A stretch of 20,000 nt of DNA. Origin: an uncultured virus (IMG/VR IMGVR_UViG_3300015371_000023) (lineage: Duplodnaviria > Heunggongvirae > Uroviricota > Caudoviricetes). The DNA lies in the IMG/VR virus record IMGVR_UViG_3300015371_000023, one strand, 5' to 3'. Below are positions 16,900-20,000 of the stretch, piece after piece. The position numbers were made by a program, and so were the translations under genes. The notes below the pieces were generated by a model that searched no databases, was not told the DNA's origin, and was given only the letters and a program-made list of their open reading frames with translations. Each line of letters begins with the position of its first letter. Position 1 is the first letter of the stretch.

Positions 16900-16950
16900 C
16901 CTAGCAGCCATGGCGCACGCGCGGTTGCCCGCGCGTCACCAAAGCGGCTA
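16900..16950 (-). ncRNA. Intergenic structured repeat, copy G
   Basis: (+) CCTAGC AGCCA TGGCG C ACGCGCGG TTGC CCGCGCGT CACCA AAGCG GCTA; the loop reads GCAA on the minus strand. Confidence 0.75.
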
Positions 16951-16952
16951 CG

Positions 16953-17444
16953 TCAGTAGCGCGGGTGCGACGGCTGCTGGCCGTAGAAGTGGAACCAGAA
17001 CGAGCCGCGTGCCATGTCGCGCCAGCACTCGTCTTTGAAGTGCCCGTAGCGGTTCTCAAGCACGTTCAGTGCCTCCCGCGGGTGCCGTTCGACCGTGTAC
17101 GCGGCAACCGCGCATGCCTCGAACCAGCACAGGCCCAGCCGGTACCCGAGGTCCCGCAGCGCGGCGAACTTCTCCGCGCCGTAGGCGGTCGCGTCCTGCC
17201 GGGTGCGCCCGTTCACCAGCGTTTCGGTGACCGGGGTGTCGCCCACCCACGGGAGCCGGGCCCAGCCGTCGGGCCCGTAGACCTCGTATGCGGCGGGGTT
17301 GATCCGTGCCGCGTATGCCTGCCCCTTGCTCGGGCCGTCGAGTGCTTCCAGCGTCCACGAGTCGGGCGACGTGTTGGCGTGCCGCACGTGGTACCGCCGG
17401 TCCGGGCTTCCCATGTGCCGGATGACGCGGTCGGTGATGTTCAT
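16953..17444 (-). CDS. Hypothetical protein (MNITDRVIRH...)
   Basis: RBS GGAGAG, GC3-rich. Confidence 0.7.
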   Translation of the reverse strand: MNITDRVIRHMGSPDRRYHVRHANTSPDSWTLEALDGPSKGQAYAARINPAAYEVYGPDGWARLPWVGDTPVTETLVNGRTRQDATAYGAEKFAALRDLGYRLGLCWFEACAVAAYTVERHPREALNVLENRYGHFKDECWRDMARGSFWFHFYGQQPSHPRY

Positions 17445-17455
17445 TTCCACTCTCC

Positions 17456-17554
17456 CTAGTGCGTTGCCGCGTACTGGATTGCCGCCGAGCCCGCCAACAG
17501 GACAAGCACGGTGATCGCCCAGGCGATGATCCGAACCGCGAAGCTTTCGATCAT
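17456..17554 (-). CDS. 32-aa single-TM peptide (not in the ORF track)
   Basis: MIESFAVRIIAWAITVLVLLAGSAAIQYAATH; RBS AAAGGGA. Confidence 0.6.
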   Translation of the reverse strand: MIESFAVRIIAWAITVLVLLAGSAAIQYAATH

Positions 17555-17572
17555 TTGCGTTCCCTTTCTGTC

Positions 17573-17625
17573 CACAACGGACACAGCAGGGGACGGACAC
17601 GCCGTCCCCCACTGAGAGCGTTGTG
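17573..17625 (-). ncRNA. Intergenic structured repeat, copy H
   Basis: (+) CACAAC GGACA CAGCA GGGGACGG/CCGTCCCC CACTG AGAGC GTTGTG. Confidence 0.7.
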
Positions 17626-17626
17626 T

Positions 17627-17812
17627 TCAGTTCACCGACTCGAACGGGTGCTCCGCCGGGTCGAACGGGCCCAGATCGGTGACCACGGCGCCGTCCCAGT
17701 TGCATCGGGCACGCCACATCGCGTGACCCGGGTTCAGTCCCTCGATCCCGTCAACGAAAGAGTCGTCGGCGAACTCGACGCGGACGCTCCGTGCGCAGGG
17801 GTAACCGGACAT
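17627..17812 (-). CDS. Small hypothetical protein
   Basis: RBS GAGGAGG; MSGYPCARSVRVEFADDS... Confidence 0.7.
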   Translation of the reverse strand: MSGYPCARSVRVEFADDSFVDGIEGLNPGHAMWRARCNWDGAVVTDLGPFDPAEHPFESVN

Positions 17813-17834
17813 TGTCTGCCTCCTCTTATGCGTC

Positions 17835-17890
17835 CCCAACGGACACGGCACGGCACGGACGTAGCCCGTGCTGCACCGTTGTTCATTGGG
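17835..17890 (-). ncRNA. Intergenic structured repeat, copy I
   Basis: (+) CCCAAC GGACA CGGCA CGGCACGG/CCGTGCTG CACCG TTGTTC ATTGGG. Confidence 0.65.
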
Positions 17891-17895
17891 CCAGC

Positions 17896-18144
17896 TCACG
17901 CACCACTTGCGTGCAAGACGGGTGCCTTCTGTCCAGGGTTCGCAACCCGCGCGTAGCGAGGAATGCGCTTCACCACCCGCGCGCTGGACAAAGTCCAGCT
18001 CTGAACGAGTCCCTTAACCCCGGGGAGCGTGATTCCGGTCGCGTTGTCCAGCGTCCGGCGCAACCCGACCATGTCCCAGGCCTGAACGAAAAGTACGATG
18101 CCGGGCCGCTCACCAGCGCACACCAACACTCTGTAAATTCGCAT
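17896..18144 (-). CDS. Small hypothetical protein
   Basis: RBS GAAGGG; MRIYRVLVCAG...; weaker codon bias. Confidence 0.5.
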   Translation of the reverse strand: MRIYRVLVCAGERPGIVLFVQAWDMVGLRRTLDNATGITLPGVKGLVQSWTLSSARVVKRIPRYARVANPGQKAPVLHASGA

Positions 18145-18689
18145 TTCATTGCCCTTCTTAGAACGTCTCACGAATGGGCACGGAAACCTAAGTTGCCGTG
18201 CCCAAACGTGAATCGTTGCCACTCTCTAACGGCCCTCTCACGATCCGTTCAGTGGCGCGTCACCCGCGTTGTTACTGGGGGTGCCCCAGCGGCGCCGTCC
18301 CGTTCCCTACGTGATCGCTGCCACGCGTGGTCGCCTGCGGATATCCGTGAGTCCGCAGGTCGGTAATATCTTCCGACGCACTCTCTATGTCGCGACTGAC
18401 GCACCCTGTGCACGACTCCGGGGATCCAACCGGTGCGCTACCTCGACATTGCTGCCGCGTATCTCGCCCGTGTGTCCGTATCCGGCCCGCTGGCGTTCTC
18501 GTCTCATCGCTTGTGCGCCCGGGGATTGGAGCCCTGGTGCGCATGGGGACCTGAACAACGACTCGGTTTCCGGGGGTCCTGGCCACTGTGTGCGGTGAGC
18601 CGACTTCCGTCTGCTGGTCCGCGCTGGTCCGCGCTTGGCCGTTCGGCCCGGAGTGTTGAGTTGGTGTTCGTTGGGGTAGTCGTGTTACG

Positions 18690-18748
18690 TCCACAACTCG
18701 TTTCATCCCAGTTGTGGAAGTTATCGGGCCGTTACTGATCAACAGTAA
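18690..18748. promoter_or_regulatory. Divergent promoter region with operator-like inverted repeats
   Basis: TCCACAACT-11-AGTTGTGGA and TTACTG-5-CAGTAA in an AT-richer stretch between divergent units. Confidence 0.45.
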
Positions 18749-18765
18749 AAGCGCAGGTGAGAGCC

Positions 18766-19143
18766 TTGCCCTGGGGCACCAGCGACCGCCACGACCGCCT
18801 ACCACCAGGCTGGTCAAGCAAGATCGTCCCCACCGTGCTCCGCCTACACAGGACCCGCTGCCACGTGTGCGGCAGGCAGGGAGCAACCGAGGTGGATCAC
18901 GTCATCCCCGGAGACGACCACCGATTCTCAAACCTGCGCCCGATACACACGGCCTGTCATAAGGCAAAGACGGCACGCGAGGCAGTAGCCGCCCGAGCCA
19001 AGCTCCGCGCACTCCGCCACCGCACACCCGAAGCGCACCCCCTCGACCGCCTCGGGGCCTCACACACAAGATCACCCGCCCCGCCGGGGTCGCCACACCC
19101 GACAGGCCACCCCGACCCCGGCAGGGGCAGCCCAGCGGCCTGA
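18766..19143 (+). CDS. Phage packaging-associated HNH endonuclease
   Basis: WGTSDRHDRLPPGW...CHVC...ATEVDHVIPGDDH...NLRPIHTACHKAKTARE; RBS AGGTG, TTG start. Confidence 0.85.
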   Translation: MPWGTSDRHDRLPPGWSSKIVPTVLRLHRTRCHVCGRQGATEVDHVIPGDDHRFSNLRPIHTACHKAKTAREAVAARAKLRALRHRTPEAHPLDRLGASHTRSPAPPGSPHPTGHPDPGRGSPAA

Positions 19144-19159
19144 CAGAGTCCACACACGA

Positions 19160-19345
19160 CACCACAGTGGTTGAAGATCAACCACCCGACGAACGATCCA
19201 GTGTGGACACTCAACCAAGATCAACAGGCCGCAAGCCCCCGACCAGCGCAAACAGCAGCAGCCCACCACCCTGGGGAGGGCCCCCACCTGCAGTTACCTC
19301 CAGACCGTTCGGCATAGCTGTTGATCTCCCGCCCGGGTTTTGAAG
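19160..19345. other. Probable cos/packaging-initiation region
   Basis: Non-coding DNA downstream of the packaging HNH with TGGGG-5-CCCCA and repeated GATCAAC motifs; inferred from position. Confidence 0.4.
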
Positions 19346-19361
19346 CCGACTTAGGACCTGC

Positions 19362-19823
19362 TTACTTGGAGTCGGGCCAGCCGTCGCGCACCCAGCGGCG
19401 GATCGAGAGCTCGCAGCCGCTGGTCAGGGCCAGGCCGTTGGCCTTTCCGACGTGGGTCTGTTTCCCGCCGCACCCGCAGGAGCAGCGGCTTCGGTTCCGC
19501 AGCCGCGAAGGGAGCGGCTCGACGTGGCGGGGGTCGCTGACCTTGCCTGTCTGGCCACAGCCGCCGGCCTGCTCCGCCTTGGCCACGGCGATGTCCACGA
19601 GTGCCTGCGCGACGAGCAGATCCAGGGCCGGCACACCCAGTGGCCCTTCGAGTCGGACGGCGACGCGGGCGGACATCCGGACTCCGCCTCGGACGATTTG
19701 ACTGAGGTGCTTCTCGGAGATGCCGGCCTTGCGCGCCACGTACTTCTGGCACATCCACCGGGGGCCGTCGGCGATGGCCTGGCGGATGATCTCGCCCGGC
19801 CCCCGGAAGGTCTCACTGGTCAC
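19362..19823 (-). CDS. HigA-like XRE HTH fused to a Cys-rich domain
   Basis: PGEIIRQAI...QKYVARKAGISEKHLSQIVRGGVRMSARVAVRLE; C-terminal RCSCGCGG..THVG.ANG...GC. Confidence 0.7.
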   Translation of the reverse strand: MTSETFRGPGEIIRQAIADGPRWMCQKYVARKAGISEKHLSQIVRGGVRMSARVAVRLEGPLGVPALDLLVAQALVDIAVAKAEQAGGCGQTGKVSDPRHVEPLPSRLRNRSRCSCGCGGKQTHVGKANGLALTSGCELSIRRWVRDGWPDSK

Positions 19824-20000
19824 TTGGCGCGCCAGCCTTCTGATGGCGACGGGTGGAGCGTCGCTGGCGGGCTTGCGCCAGTTCGCACACCAGCTGGTGC
19901 GCGTACCGGGCGCGGAGCCAGAATTCGGCGTCGATGCCGAGGGCCTCTTCGAGGTCGATCGCGGTGTCGGCCGTGATGGACTTCTTGCCTGTGACGATCA
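19813..20000 (-). CDS. HigA-like antitoxin/HTH, 5'-truncated (not in the ORF track)
   Basis: Manual translation: IVTGKKSITADTAIDLEEALGIDAEFWLRARYAHQL...SDQ*. Confidence 0.75.
   Translation of the reverse strand, partial: IVTGKKSITADTAIDLEEALGIDAEFWLRARYAHQLVCELAQARQRRSTRRHQKAGAPSDQ

Noticed and set aside
13047..17890. Repeats as a CRISPR array or classical integron attC sites
   Set aside because: They are separated by whole genes and conserve structure rather than sequence. There is no RYYYAAC...GTTRRRY pair in cassette orientation and no cas or integrase gene in the window. The tetraloops favour RNA.
18611..18641. Short tandem repeat (GCGCTGGTCC-like, three imperfect copies)
   Set aside because: Too short and imperfect to assign a function
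18272..18886. 204-aa minus-strand ORF and other ORFs in 18150-18750
   Set aside because: No RBS, codon bias or recognisable motifs; the 204-aa ORF overlaps the HNH gene

Overview
High-GC actinobacterial temperate siphovirus-like (pro)phage segment. 1-7947 (+) is a translationally coupled replication/recombination operon: HNH, two ParB-like proteins, replication initiator with internal iterons, DnaC-like loader, SSB, Holliday-junction resolvase, Zn-finger and HTH regulators. 7949-18144 (mostly -) is a 10-kb accessory block of small genes. It includes an Lsr2-like protein lacking the RGR AT-hook, a 76-nt tRNA with a UAU anticodon, an XRE regulator, a two-domain beta-clamp-like protein and a DUF932 protein. 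About nine consecutive intergenic spacers in this block carry copies of one structured motif: covarying stems, a conserved 5x5 internal loop, a G.U pair and UUCG/GCAA loops that read correctly only on the mRNA strand. This motif array is the most striking signal in the window. 18766-19143 (+) is a packaging-type HNH, followed by a probable cos/packaging region and two tandem HigA-like HTH genes (-). All family assignments are by visual motif recognition; no searches were run.
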